NCBI GenBank assembly: GCA_036400935.1
Contig: DASWWW010000002.1
Location: 137,529 to 201,528, forward strand
Length of the DNA stretch: 64,000 nucleotides
Reading direction: 5' to 3'
DNA from: Minisyncoccota bacterium
Lineage (GTDB): Bacteria; Patescibacteriota; Minisyncoccia; Phycocordibacterales; UBA6065
Position 1 is the first letter of the stretch; each line of letters begins with the position of its first letter. The notes beneath the pieces are model-generated. The model was given only the letters and a program-made list of their open reading frames with translations. It made no database searches and was not told the DNA's origin. The translations under genes and the position numbers were made by a program. This document shows, one piece after another, positions 55,669 through 64,000 of the stretch.

Positions 55669-57438
55669 ATGGAACCGAAAAATTCCCTTTGGCGATCCCT
55701 CACTCGCGAACGCAAGGTTCAGGGCCTTCATAAGACTCAGGAGACCTTCGACTCCCTCTCCATAACCGAAAAGGCGCTTTTCCTTGCTTTTGCCTTGGTA
55801 TCGATCGTCGCCGCGCTTTCCCTTTTGGGCAAGGCGAGCGCCGAATTCTCAGTGAACATCCCACGCGACGGCGGAAAGCTCGTCGAAGGCATCGTGGGAA
55901 CGCCGCGCTTCATCAACCCCTTGCTCGCGATATCGGACGCGGACCGGGACCTTACGGCTATCGTCTATTCGGGGCTTTTGAAAGCTACGCCTAAGGGCGA
56001 ATTCATTCCGGACCTCGCGGACACCTTTACCGTATCGCCGGACGGCCTCACATACTCCCTTACCATCAAGGACGGCGCCGTGTTCCATGACGGAACGCCC
56101 GTAACCGCCGAGGACGTGCGATTCACCGTAGAAAAGGCCCAGGAGGCAGCCCTCAAGAGCCCTCGCCGCGTAAACTGGGAAGGTGTCACTATCGCCCACG
56201 CGGAGGGCCATGAGATCGTTTTCACACTCAAGCAGCCGTACGCCCCCTTCATATCGAACCTCACGCTCGGCATCCTGCCAAAGCACCTCTGGCAGTCCCT
56301 TGAGAGCGACCAGATCCCTTTCAGCTCGCTCAACGTCAATCCGGTAGGCACCGGACCGTACCAGATATCCAAGGTTATCCGATCGTCCGACGGCATCCCT
56401 ACGGAGATCATGCTCAAGGCCAATCCGAACTACGCCCTCGGCCGACCGTACATCTCTATACTCGACATAAAGTTCTTCTCGAACGAGAAGGCGCTCCTCG
56501 CAGCCGTCACCGACGGCCTCGTAGAGAGCGCGTCGAACCTTACCCCTACGGGCGCGACGTCGACAAAGGCGATCCGGAACATAGTGTCCGCGCCGCTGAC
56601 CCGCGTCTTCGGGGTCTTTTTCAATCAGAACGAGAACGAGATCCTCGCCCACAAGGAAGTCAGAAAGGCGCTCGCCCTGGCGACCGACAAGGATTTCATA
56701 GTTAACAGCACCCTTCAGGGATACGCCGCCGAGACAAACGGCCCGCTTCCGGCATCGGCCGAGGCTACCGCATCGACATCCCCTGCTCTTATCGACCAGG
56801 CAGCCGAGACGCTCGCCAAGGCGAAGTGGAAGAAGAATGCCGACGGGGTATTCGAGCTCGGGTCAAAGACTGGCTCGTCGACCCTCTCGCTCTCCCTCTC
56901 GACCGCCAACATCCCGGAGCTCGTGGCCAGCGCCAAATCAATCGAGGAGAACTGGACGGAGCTCGGAGCAAAGGTGGACGTTCAGGTATTCGAGCAAACC
57001 GACCTTAACCAGGGAGTAATCAGGCCCCGAAAGTACGACGCCCTCCTCTTTGGCCTCGTCATCGGCAAGAACTCAGACCTCTATCCGTTCTGGCATTCGT
57101 CGCAGCGAAACGATCCCGGCCTCAACATCGCCATGTACACCAACGCAAAGGCGGACAAGGCCCTCGAGAAGATGAGGACGGCGACATCGACGGCGGCGGC
57201 AAAGGCCCAGTACGACATTTTCAAGAAGGAGCTCGACACTGACACGCCAGCCATATTCCTCTGGAGCCCCGACTTCATTTACGCCATCCCGGAAAAGCTT
57301 CACGGCGTAGATCTCGGAGAGATTACCACCCCAAGCGACAGGTTCAGCGGAATCGAGCGATGGTACGTAGAAACTGACGCAGTTTGGAAAATATTCGTGA
57401 AGGATCAGGACGAAGTCATTACAAATACAGAAAATTAA
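55669..57438 (+). CDS. ABC transporter substrate-binding protein (family 5, peptide-type), TM-anchored
   Basis: INPLLA, YSGLLK, FHDGTPVTAEDVRFT, PVGTGPY, FWHSSQ. Confidence 0.92.
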   Translation: MEPKNSLWRSLTRERKVQGLHKTQETFDSLSITEKALFLAFALVSIVAALSLLGKASAEFSVNIPRDGGKLVEGIVGTPRFINPLLAISDADRDLTAIVYSGLLKATPKGEFIPDLADTFTVSPDGLTYSLTIKDGAVFHDGTPVTAEDVRFTVEKAQEAALKSPRRVNWEGVTIAHAEGHEIVFTLKQPYAPFISNLTLGILPKHLWQSLESDQIPFSSLNVNPVGTGPYQISKVIRSSDGIPTEIMLKANPNYALGRPYISILDIKFFSNEKALLAAVTDGLVESASNLTPTGATSTKAIRNIVSAPLTRVFGVFFNQNENEILAHKEVRKALALATDKDFIVNSTLQGYAAETNGPLPASAEATASTSPALIDQAAETLAKAKWKKNADGVFELGSKTGSSTLSLSLSTANIPELVASAKSIEENWTELGAKVDVQVFEQTDLNQGVIRPRKYDALLFGLVIGKNSDLYPFWHSSQRNDPGLNIAMYTNAKADKALEKMRTATSTAAAKAQYDIFKKELDTDTPAIFLWSPDFIYAIPEKLHGVDLGEITTPSDRFSGIERWYVETDAVWKIFVKDQDEVITNTEN

Positions 57439-57461
57439 TCAATCATTTAACAAAAAACATT

Positions 57462-59492
57462 ATGAACGACACGAATACATCACAGCCAAGCAGGTCAGGA
57501 GACTCTATCCCTAACTCGGGAGCGATCCCTCCTATGCCTCAGCGACCGGTCTCTGGAAACCAGGGACAGCGACAGGGCGGCCACGGAGGCCGAGGGCGCG
57601 GCGGACGCGGATTCCGCGGCAATCGCGGAGGCCACGGACGACCTCAGGGCCCACGGCCTGAAGGCGCGCCGGCGGGTGGCGGACAAGGCGGACGCTCCGG
57701 CGGCCGAGGCGGCTCGATGAAGCGCATGATGCGCGACCGACGCAAGCCGATGCGACGCTTTAACCAGGGCGGCCCTCGACCTATGGGAACGAGCAACAAC
57801 GCCCCATCCCAGGTTATCCCTCCTATCGGCGACAATATCCGCATCATCCCATTGGGAGGCGTGGAGGAGATCGGCAAGAACATGACGGCCATCGAGTTCG
57901 GCAACGACATCATCGTTATCGACGCGGGCTTCCAGTTCAAGGACGAGGCGACCCCGGGAATCGACTACATCCTTCCTAACACCAAGTACCTCGAGGAGCG
58001 AAAGCACCAGATCCGCGGCATGTTCATCACCCACGGTCACCTCGACCATATCGGAGGCCTCCCTTACATTATCGACCGCATCGGCTACCCGACTATCTAC
58101 ACCCGACAGTTCGGAGCAGTCATGATCCAGAAGCGCCAGGAGGAATTCCCTCACCTGAAGCCTTTGGATATCAAGGTCATCGCCGGAAACGAGACCATTA
58201 CCGTAGGCTCGCTCAAGGTAAAGACCTTCCCTATCTCGCACACAATCCCTGACTCGATGGGACTCGTTATTCAGACTCCTTACGGCGACATCGTCTTTAT
58301 CGAGGACGTGCGTGTCGACAACGTCAAAGGCGTCCCTACCGAGGAGGAAGTCGAGCAGTACAAGCAGTTCGCGGGCAAGGAGGCTCTCCTTTTGACCATG
58401 GACTCCACGTCCGTCGAGAAGCCGGGATTCTCGCTTTCCGAGTCAGTCGTCGTCGAGAACATCGACAAGTACATCAAGGCGGCTACGGGCAGGCTCATCA
58501 TCGGAACCTTCGCGTCGCAGGTGGAGCGAATCATCGCCATCATCAAGGCGGCCGAGAAATACGGCAAGAAGGTCGTCGTAGAGGGCCGCGCCATGAAGTC
58601 AAACGTCGAGATCATCAAGCTCCTGAAGCTCCTCGAGGCGACGAACGTCATCGACGTCTCCCAGATCGAGAACTATCCGCCGGACCGCATCGTCATGCTC
58701 GTCACCGGATCTCAGGGGGAGGAATTCGCCGCCCTCATGCGCATCGCGACCAAGCAGCACAAGTACATCCAGTTCCGAAAGACCGATACCGTGCTCCTCT
58801 CTTCGTCTATCATTCCTACGAACCACAACGCCGTAGTTAAGCTCAAGGACAACCTTTACCGCTCGGAGGCGAAGATCATCACCTACCTTGACTCCGACAT
58901 CCACGCGTCCGGTCACGGAAACCGAGACGAGCTCAAGTGGATCCACGAGCAGGTAAAGTACCGATTCTTCATGCCTGTGCACGGCAACCACTATATGCTC
59001 CGCCTGCACGCAGAGCTCGCAATGGCTCTCGGCGTGCCGCGCGAGAACATCATCGTCCCTGACAACGGATCGGTCGTAGAGATCTACGACCAGGGCAAGT
59101 CTATCCGCGTACTCAAGGAGAAGGCTCCGTCGAACCTCGTCCTCGTGGACGGATTCGCCGTCGGAGACGCCCAGGAAGTAGTCCTCCGAGACCGAACGAT
59201 GCTCTCTCAGGACGGCATGTTCATCGTCTTTGCCATCATCGACGCCCAGACCGGCCGATTGCGAAAGTCTCCGGACATTATCTCCCGAGGATTCGTCTAT
59301 CTCCGCGAGTCTCAGGACCTGCTCCGCGACACTCGAAACCTCATCAAGGATACTATCGAGCAGACGGCGCACGGCATGAATCCCCTCAACGTCGAAATGA
59401 TCAAGGCGAACGTTACCGACGCCGTATCGCGACAGCTCTTCCAGGAGACCGCGAAACGACCAGTGGTGATTCCGGTGCTTCTTACGATCTAG
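57462..59492 (+). CDS. rnj: Ribonuclease J with N-terminal RGG-rich extension
   Basis: IIPLGGVEEIGKNM, THGHLDHIGG, SHTIPD, TGSQGE, HASGHG, PVHG. Confidence 0.96.
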   Translation: MNDTNTSQPSRSGDSIPNSGAIPPMPQRPVSGNQGQRQGGHGGRGRGGRGFRGNRGGHGRPQGPRPEGAPAGGGQGGRSGGRGGSMKRMMRDRRKPMRRFNQGGPRPMGTSNNAPSQVIPPIGDNIRIIPLGGVEEIGKNMTAIEFGNDIIVIDAGFQFKDEATPGIDYILPNTKYLEERKHQIRGMFITHGHLDHIGGLPYIIDRIGYPTIYTRQFGAVMIQKRQEEFPHLKPLDIKVIAGNETITVGSLKVKTFPISHTIPDSMGLVIQTPYGDIVFIEDVRVDNVKGVPTEEEVEQYKQFAGKEALLLTMDSTSVEKPGFSLSESVVVENIDKYIKAATGRLIIGTFASQVERIIAIIKAAEKYGKKVVVEGRAMKSNVEIIKLLKLLEATNVIDVSQIENYPPDRIVMLVTGSQGEEFAALMRIATKQHKYIQFRKTDTVLLSSSIIPTNHNAVVKLKDNLYRSEAKIITYLDSDIHASGHGNRDELKWIHEQVKYRFFMPVHGNHYMLRLHAELAMALGVPRENIIVPDNGSVVEIYDQGKSIRVLKEKAPSNLVLVDGFAVGDAQEVVLRDRTMLSQDGMFIVFAIIDAQTGRLRKSPDIISRGFVYLRESQDLLRDTRNLIKDTIEQTAHGMNPLNVEMIKANVTDAVSRQLFQETAKRPVVIPVLLTI

Positions 59493-59508
59493 CAATCAAT
59501 CGCAGACG

Positions 59509-59536
59509 AAAGAGACCCTCGCAAAGGGTCTTTTTT
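59509..59536 (+). terminator. Intrinsic terminator after rnj
   Basis: AAAGAGACCCT-CGCAA-AGGGTCTTTTTT. Confidence 0.8.
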
Positions 59537-59562
59537 GCTGCTTCTTTGCTATAATGTTCCGC

Positions 59563-60738
59563 ATGCCAGAAGAAATAACCCTTCCCAAGAAAAGAGCGAT
59601 CATGTACGCGATCGCTTTCGTGTTCAGCCTTAGCAGCGCATTGCCGGCTTATATAAACTCGTCGTTTTTGTCGGAGCTTTTCATAAATAGCAGCCTCGTC
59701 GGAATCATCTATACCGCGAGCTCGCTCCTCGCCATAGCGGCCTTTATAGAGATGCCTGCATTGGTACGACGCTTCGGCAATTTCCGCGTCACCATCTCCC
59801 TGCTCCTCCTCGAGCTCCTCTCGCTTGCGGGCCTTATCATGGGCAGCGATACGCTCGCCGTCATATCGGCCTTCATCCTCAATTTCGTATCGATCTCGCT
59901 CATCAACTTCACCCTCGACGTATTCCTCGAGAGTTTCTCATCCAATACCGCCACCGGCAAGATCCGCGGCACCTTCCTGACCATAGCCAACATGGCGTGG
60001 CTTATATCGCCGATGCTGGGCGCGTATATCCTGGGCGACAACGCCTTTCACCGCATATATATCGCGAGCGCGGCACTCATCGTGCCCGTTATCGCCCTCG
60101 TCCTTATAAACCTGCGCGGAATCAGGGAGCCTGAGTATAATCACATGCCGTTCTGGAAGAGCTTCGGCGAGATCTGGACCGACAGGAATATAAAAGGCGT
60201 GCTCCTGATCCAGTTTTTGCTCCAGTTCTTCTTTGCCTGGATGATCATCTATACCCCAATCTACCTGCACGAGACCGTCGGATTCGACTGGAAGACGATG
60301 GGAGTCATATTCACCGTCATGCTCCTGCCTTTCGTATTGCTCGATGTGCCGCTGGGCAGGCTTGCGGACAAGGCAGGCGAAAAGGCCATGATGTCGATCG
60401 GATTCGTCATCATGGCCATCTCTACGGCCCTTATAGCCTTCGTAACCGACCATAACGTCCTTATCTGGACCATCGTGCTCTTCATGACCCGCGTGGGCGC
60501 AGCCATGGTCGAGATCATGACCGACACCTATTTCTTCAAGAAGGTAGATGCGTCAAAGACGCATATCATCAGCTTCTTCAGGACCGCCCGACCGCTCGCC
60601 TACGTCGTAGGGCCGATCATCGCGACAATCCTGTTTACCGTATTCGACATGAAGGGACTCTTCGTCTTCCTCTCCCTCCTGATGCTCTACGGACTGCGCT
60701 ACAGCCTCGCTATCGAGGACGTAAAGCCTCGCGCGTAA
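59563..60738 (+). CDS. MFS transporter
   Basis: About 12 TM, GRLADKAGEK motif; start 59563 (7 nt after TATAAT) or 59554. Confidence 0.9.
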   Translation: MPEEITLPKKRAIMYAIAFVFSLSSALPAYINSSFLSELFINSSLVGIIYTASSLLAIAAFIEMPALVRRFGNFRVTISLLLLELLSLAGLIMGSDTLAVISAFILNFVSISLINFTLDVFLESFSSNTATGKIRGTFLTIANMAWLISPMLGAYILGDNAFHRIYIASAALIVPVIALVLINLRGIREPEYNHMPFWKSFGEIWTDRNIKGVLLIQFLLQFFFAWMIIYTPIYLHETVGFDWKTMGVIFTVMLLPFVLLDVPLGRLADKAGEKAMMSIGFVIMAISTALIAFVTDHNVLIWTIVLFMTRVGAAMVEIMTDTYFFKKVDASKTHIISFFRTARPLAYVVGPIIATILFTVFDMKGLFVFLSLLMLYGLRYSLAIEDVKPRA

Positions 60739-60753
60739 GGGCTCGCAGCCTCC

Positions 60754-61017
60754 TTAGGCCTTTTCCTCATCCATCAATTTTTTGGCCTCGATGACTTTCT
60801 CGAGGTAGTGCCTCAATTTGGTCTTATCCTCCTTGGCGAGGCCCTCTTTGGAGTAGACCTTTACCAGATTCCGCAATAAAAAACCCATAACCTCGTTCAG
60901 GTACTGGGTCTGTACCGGCTGCCGGGTTCCCTCAGGGATGTCCCGCAGTATCTGTATGCATGCGTCTTGCCCGAACGATGAGATTATCGCTCTGGACGAC
61001 ATTTGAAGTGTGCTCAT
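60754..61017 (-). CDS. Hypothetical protein
   Basis: Starts 2 nt after the radC stop, same strand. Confidence 0.55.
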   Translation of the reverse strand: MSTLQMSSRAIISSFGQDACIQILRDIPEGTRQPVQTQYLNEVMGFLLRNLVKVYSKEGLAKEDKTKLRHYLEKVIEAKKLMDEEKA

Positions 61018-61019
61018 TT

Positions 61020-61763
61020 TTATTCGTAGATAACAGGGACGCTCGTAAATTTGCCCTTGCCCACGATGACGTGGTCGACGAGTGATATCCCCATAATCTT
61101 TCCTGCATCTATCAGCTGTTTGGTGACTTCGATATCAGCCGCCGAAGGGGTCACCACTCCAGACGGATGGTTGTGCACCAATATTACGGCAGATGCTCCG
61201 TATTCGACTGCCGGCTTGAACACTTCGCGCGGATGGATGATGTTTGCATCGATGGTTCCCATGGATAGGACCTCGTCATGGACGATCTGGTGATGGTTAT
61301 TTACGTAAATGCCGCGCAGGTACTCCTTTGGCAGCGTATGCATGTCGGAGACGTAGGCCGAAACATCCTTGGCATTGCGGACGCTGACGTTCCTGCCACC
61401 CGACTTCTTGAAAAAGCGCCGGCCCAGCTCGCTCGAGGCGACTATCTGGCAGGCTTTGACCAGAGGAATGTTGAGTTCCTCGGAGATTTTGGTCGCATTG
61501 TCGAACGAAGAGAAGCTTTTCTCGCCGTATTCGCGGATAATGCGGGACGCCATGGTCATGACGTCCTCCTTTACCGTACCGGTATTGATAATGATAGCGA
61601 GCAATTCGACGATAGAAAGCATCTGAGGGCCGTGAGCGATCATTTTCTCGCGCGGCTTGTCGGCCTCGGGCATGTCGCGAAGCTTGTAGATGTACTGTCG
61701 GCCGACCTCCGGAGCGACGGTGAGCAGCTTATCCTGATTTCGTATCGCGTATGTCGTATTCAT
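61020..61763 (-). CDS. radC: RadC/JAB-domain protein (UPF0758)
   Basis: PREKM, HPREVF, VHNHPSG...PS.AD, DHVIVG. Confidence 0.95.
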   Translation of the reverse strand: MNTTYAIRNQDKLLTVAPEVGRQYIYKLRDMPEADKPREKMIAHGPQMLSIVELLAIIINTGTVKEDVMTMASRIIREYGEKSFSSFDNATKISEELNIPLVKACQIVASSELGRRFFKKSGGRNVSVRNAKDVSAYVSDMHTLPKEYLRGIYVNNHHQIVHDEVLSMGTIDANIIHPREVFKPAVEYGASAVILVHNHPSGVVTPSAADIEVTKQLIDAGKIMGISLVDHVIVGKGKFTSVPVIYE

Positions 61764-61825
61764 ACGGATAAGTATAGCAAAGGCGGGATAAAGAAAAGAT
61801 AAAGATGGGGACAGGCGATTTCAGC

Positions 61826-62584
61826 CTAGAGCTTCACGCATTCAAGACACATGAACAAAGGGATTTCGCGGCGAGCTTTGTCCTCGGCGGCCTTTTTCGG
61901 GCCCTTCTCGCTCTCCTTGTGCGATACCCACTCCTCTATGCGGGCTATGGCGAATCCGGCATTTGCCAGAGTTTTTGAATAGGTCTGGAGCGATCGGTGG
62001 AAGGAATAGGTAAGCTCCTTCTTCGCCTTGGGATCCTTTAGGCCGGGATTCATGTCGATAGCTGATCGCGACTCGGAAAGGTACTCGTCTACCCTCCTGT
62101 ACTGCACGCCCTTCTTGGCGTCGAAATCCCACGAGCTCTGACCCGGAATCCTGAACGTCGGGTGATTAAGCACAAGAACGAACCTGCCCTTGTCGCCGAC
62201 GAGCCTGCCGACCTCCTTGAACGTGATAGCCATGCGCTCGATGTTCTGAATAGCCAGCACGCACAGGACGGAATTGAAGCTCTTATCCTTGAACTTCGAA
62301 AGCATGTCCGAAGGGGATACGTAGAATTCCTCGTTATGCCCGGCATGCTTGCGGGCTATGTCGATAAGCTCCGGCGATATGTCGACGCCGGTCACATGCG
62401 GGCCCTTGGCGGCCAATGCATGCGTAAAGAAGCCCTGCCCGCAAGCGAGATCGAGGATCCTCTGCCCTTTTTCAGGCGCGAGGATACGCAGCAAGTTCGG
62501 CAAAATGACATTTACCTGATAAGAATCCTTGTCATTTACGACGGTATCGTACCAGCCCGCGACATTGCCCCATGAAGTTTTCAT
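61826..62584 (-). CDS. Class I SAM-dependent methyltransferase
   Basis: ILDLACGQG, GVDIS, VLNHP, FHRSL. Confidence 0.92.
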   Translation of the reverse strand: MKTSWGNVAGWYDTVVNDKDSYQVNVILPNLLRILAPEKGQRILDLACGQGFFTHALAAKGPHVTGVDISPELIDIARKHAGHNEEFYVSPSDMLSKFKDKSFNSVLCVLAIQNIERMAITFKEVGRLVGDKGRFVLVLNHPTFRIPGQSSWDFDAKKGVQYRRVDEYLSESRSAIDMNPGLKDPKAKKELTYSFHRSLQTYSKTLANAGFAIARIEEWVSHKESEKGPKKAAEDKARREIPLFMCLECVKL

Positions 62585-62599
62585 GGGTATATGATACCA

Positions 62600-63004
62600 C
62601 TACTTCCTGGAAGTTTTCTTTGCCTTAGGAGCAGCCTTGGACTTTGCCGCCTTCTTTGCCTTTGGGGCAGACGCCTGGAGAGTCGTCTTTATGCCGTTCC
62701 AGTGGCCTTTCATCTCTTCGATGAATGCGCCGAGCTCTTCCTGATCAATATTCTTGAGCTCGTTGTACTTCTTGGCGACAGTGTCGACGGCAGAAAGGTA
62801 TGCAGTCTCAGTCACGTCCTGGACGTTCTCGAGCTGCTCGAGGACCTCGCCCTTGGCCTTGAGCATCCAGCTCTTGACCTTTGAGCGGTTCTTCTCGGCA
62901 TTCTTGTGGCCGTAAAGGTAATATGCGCCGACAGCAGCCGCAGTAAGGCCTGCCAATCCGACTACCACCGAAGTTGTTCCGATGCCTGATTTCTTTTCTG
63001 CCAT
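62600..63004 (-). CDS. Hypothetical protein (YtxH-like, N-terminal TM)
   Basis: GLAGLTAAAVGAYYLYG then helical region and Lys/Ala tail; start ATG 63004. Confidence 0.75.
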   Translation of the reverse strand: MAEKKSGIGTTSVVVGLAGLTAAAVGAYYLYGHKNAEKNRSKVKSWMLKAKGEVLEQLENVQDVTETAYLSAVDTVAKKYNELKNIDQEELGAFIEEMKGHWNGIKTTLQASAPKAKKAAKSKAAPKAKKTSRK

Positions 63005-63011
63005 ATGTTTT

Positions 63012-63341
63012 TTATTTTGTATGAGTAATTGTATCCGCCACCTTCTCAACCTTGTCCACGGTCTTCTTAGCCTTTGTCGCCTTTCTCATGAAGAAAGTCC
63101 GGACAAGGCCTACGACGTGCTTCCATTTGATCCCTTCGTCGCGCAAGTTCGCGCGGAGCTTCTTGAGATCGCTCACGATCTCGCCGCTCTCGGTCCGTAT
63201 CTTTTCGCTGACTTCGCTCGCGTCGCGCAGGATCCTGATCGCGTAGAAAAGGGCGATCGCGATGCCGATCGATATCAGCACGAGCGCGATGGTCGATATG
63301 AAGAAGAATATGTCCGCATGTATGAGGGATTCGTTTGGCAT
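63012..63341 (-). CDS. Hypothetical membrane protein
   Basis: ADIFFFISTIA TM followed by coiled coil. Confidence 0.75.
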   Translation of the reverse strand: MPNESLIHADIFFFISTIALVLISIGIAIALFYAIRILRDASEVSEKIRTESGEIVSDLKKLRANLRDEGIKWKHVVGLVRTFFMRKATKAKKTVDKVEKVADTITHTK

Positions 63342-63360
63342 GAAGTTTGGTTAAGCGCGA

Positions 63361-63939
63361 CTACCTGAACGTTACCGGCACGTCCACATGGGCGTCGTTT
63401 TCCGGCAGGCCCGATGGATTGTCTTTGCTTAATCTTACATAACCCGAGACGTTAGTGCCAGGGATAAAGCTGACCGTCGCCGCAAACGGCACGAAGCCTT
63501 CCGTCATCCAGTCGCCCTGCGCCTGCGCTATGCCCGATCCGAGGATCGTCCCGTCGGCGCCGATAACCTGCACCGGAAAGCTCGCCTCGAAGAACCAGGG
63601 GCCGCGGGCGGTACCGGAGACCTGAAGCGGCGACGATACGGTGGCGCCCGCGGCCGGCATCACCAGGCTAACCCGCGGATCGCTTACGCCGCCGACAATG
63701 CCGCCCGTAGTCGTACCTATCATGGGATCGACAGGAACAGTCACGTCTTCGACAAAGAGGTTGCCCTCATCATCGCGGCACTGCCTCGGATAGGATTCCA
63801 TGACCGGATATCCCATGCCTACGCAGGTCTCAAAGCTGTCTGCCGCATCGCTATACGGCCCATCGAAGACGAAAGCTATATATGCGACTACGCCGAGCGC
63901 CAACACGGCCAGTATTATCTTATTCGAATTGGAAGTCAT
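63361..63939 (-). CDS. Gmad2 immunoglobulin-like domain protein
   Basis: SFETC...GYPVMESYPRQC; GTARGPWFFEASFPV; DWMTEGFVPF; KDNPSGLPE. Confidence 0.9.
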   Translation of the reverse strand: MTSNSNKIILAVLALGVVAYIAFVFDGPYSDAADSFETCVGMGYPVMESYPRQCRDDEGNLFVEDVTVPVDPMIGTTTGGIVGGVSDPRVSLVMPAAGATVSSPLQVSGTARGPWFFEASFPVQVIGADGTILGSGIAQAQGDWMTEGFVPFAATVSFIPGTNVSGYVRLSKDNPSGLPENDAHVDVPVTFR

Positions 63940-64000
63940 ACATTTAGAAGAGGGCGAAATAAATGAATAGCCCCATAAACGTAGCCGCTAGAGCTATGTT

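Noticed and set aside
61020-61763. radC as a marker of a mobile element or part of the SOS regulon
   Set aside because: Full-length chromosomal-type gene with no mobile genes nearby and no GAAC-N4-GTTC upstream.

Overview
Window from a small-genome bacterium with the hallmarks of Patescibacteria/CPR (Parcubacteria-like; inferred from a shortened SMC, shortened PheS/PheT and EF-Ts, a NusB-Nudix fusion, a coiled-coil lytic transglycosylase, and Gmad2/DUF5666 surface proteins). It carries core information-processing genes (rpsP, khpA, rnr, smc, rnc, nusB, rpmF, rnhB, dnaE, thrS, gyrB, pheST, tsf, rpsB, prfA, rpmE2, rplY, secG, rnj, radC), tRNA-Thr(TGT) and tRNA-Ser(GGA), and an accessory stretch at about 40.8-52.1 kb. 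No CRISPR array, integrase or transposase is visible. Most notable: (1) a umuD/umuC-like operon behind a GAAC-N4-GTTC (LexA-type) operator whose UmuD appears to be encoded already in the cleaved UmuD' form and lacks the catalytic Lys; (2) two free-standing, highly structured candidate ncRNAs (about 15.67-15.87 kb, beside a stand-alone RNAP alphaCTD-like gene, and 27.42-27.59 kb, abutting a second copy of the operator core); (3) a very compact thrS T-box with the Thr codon in a 7-nt terminal loop; (4) a uORF attenuator ahead of an ABC-F gene; (5) a window-wide contrast between apparently leaderless genes and orphan genes with long structured leaders. All protein calls come from motif recognition by eye and all RNA structures from manual pairing; no searches or folding programs were run.
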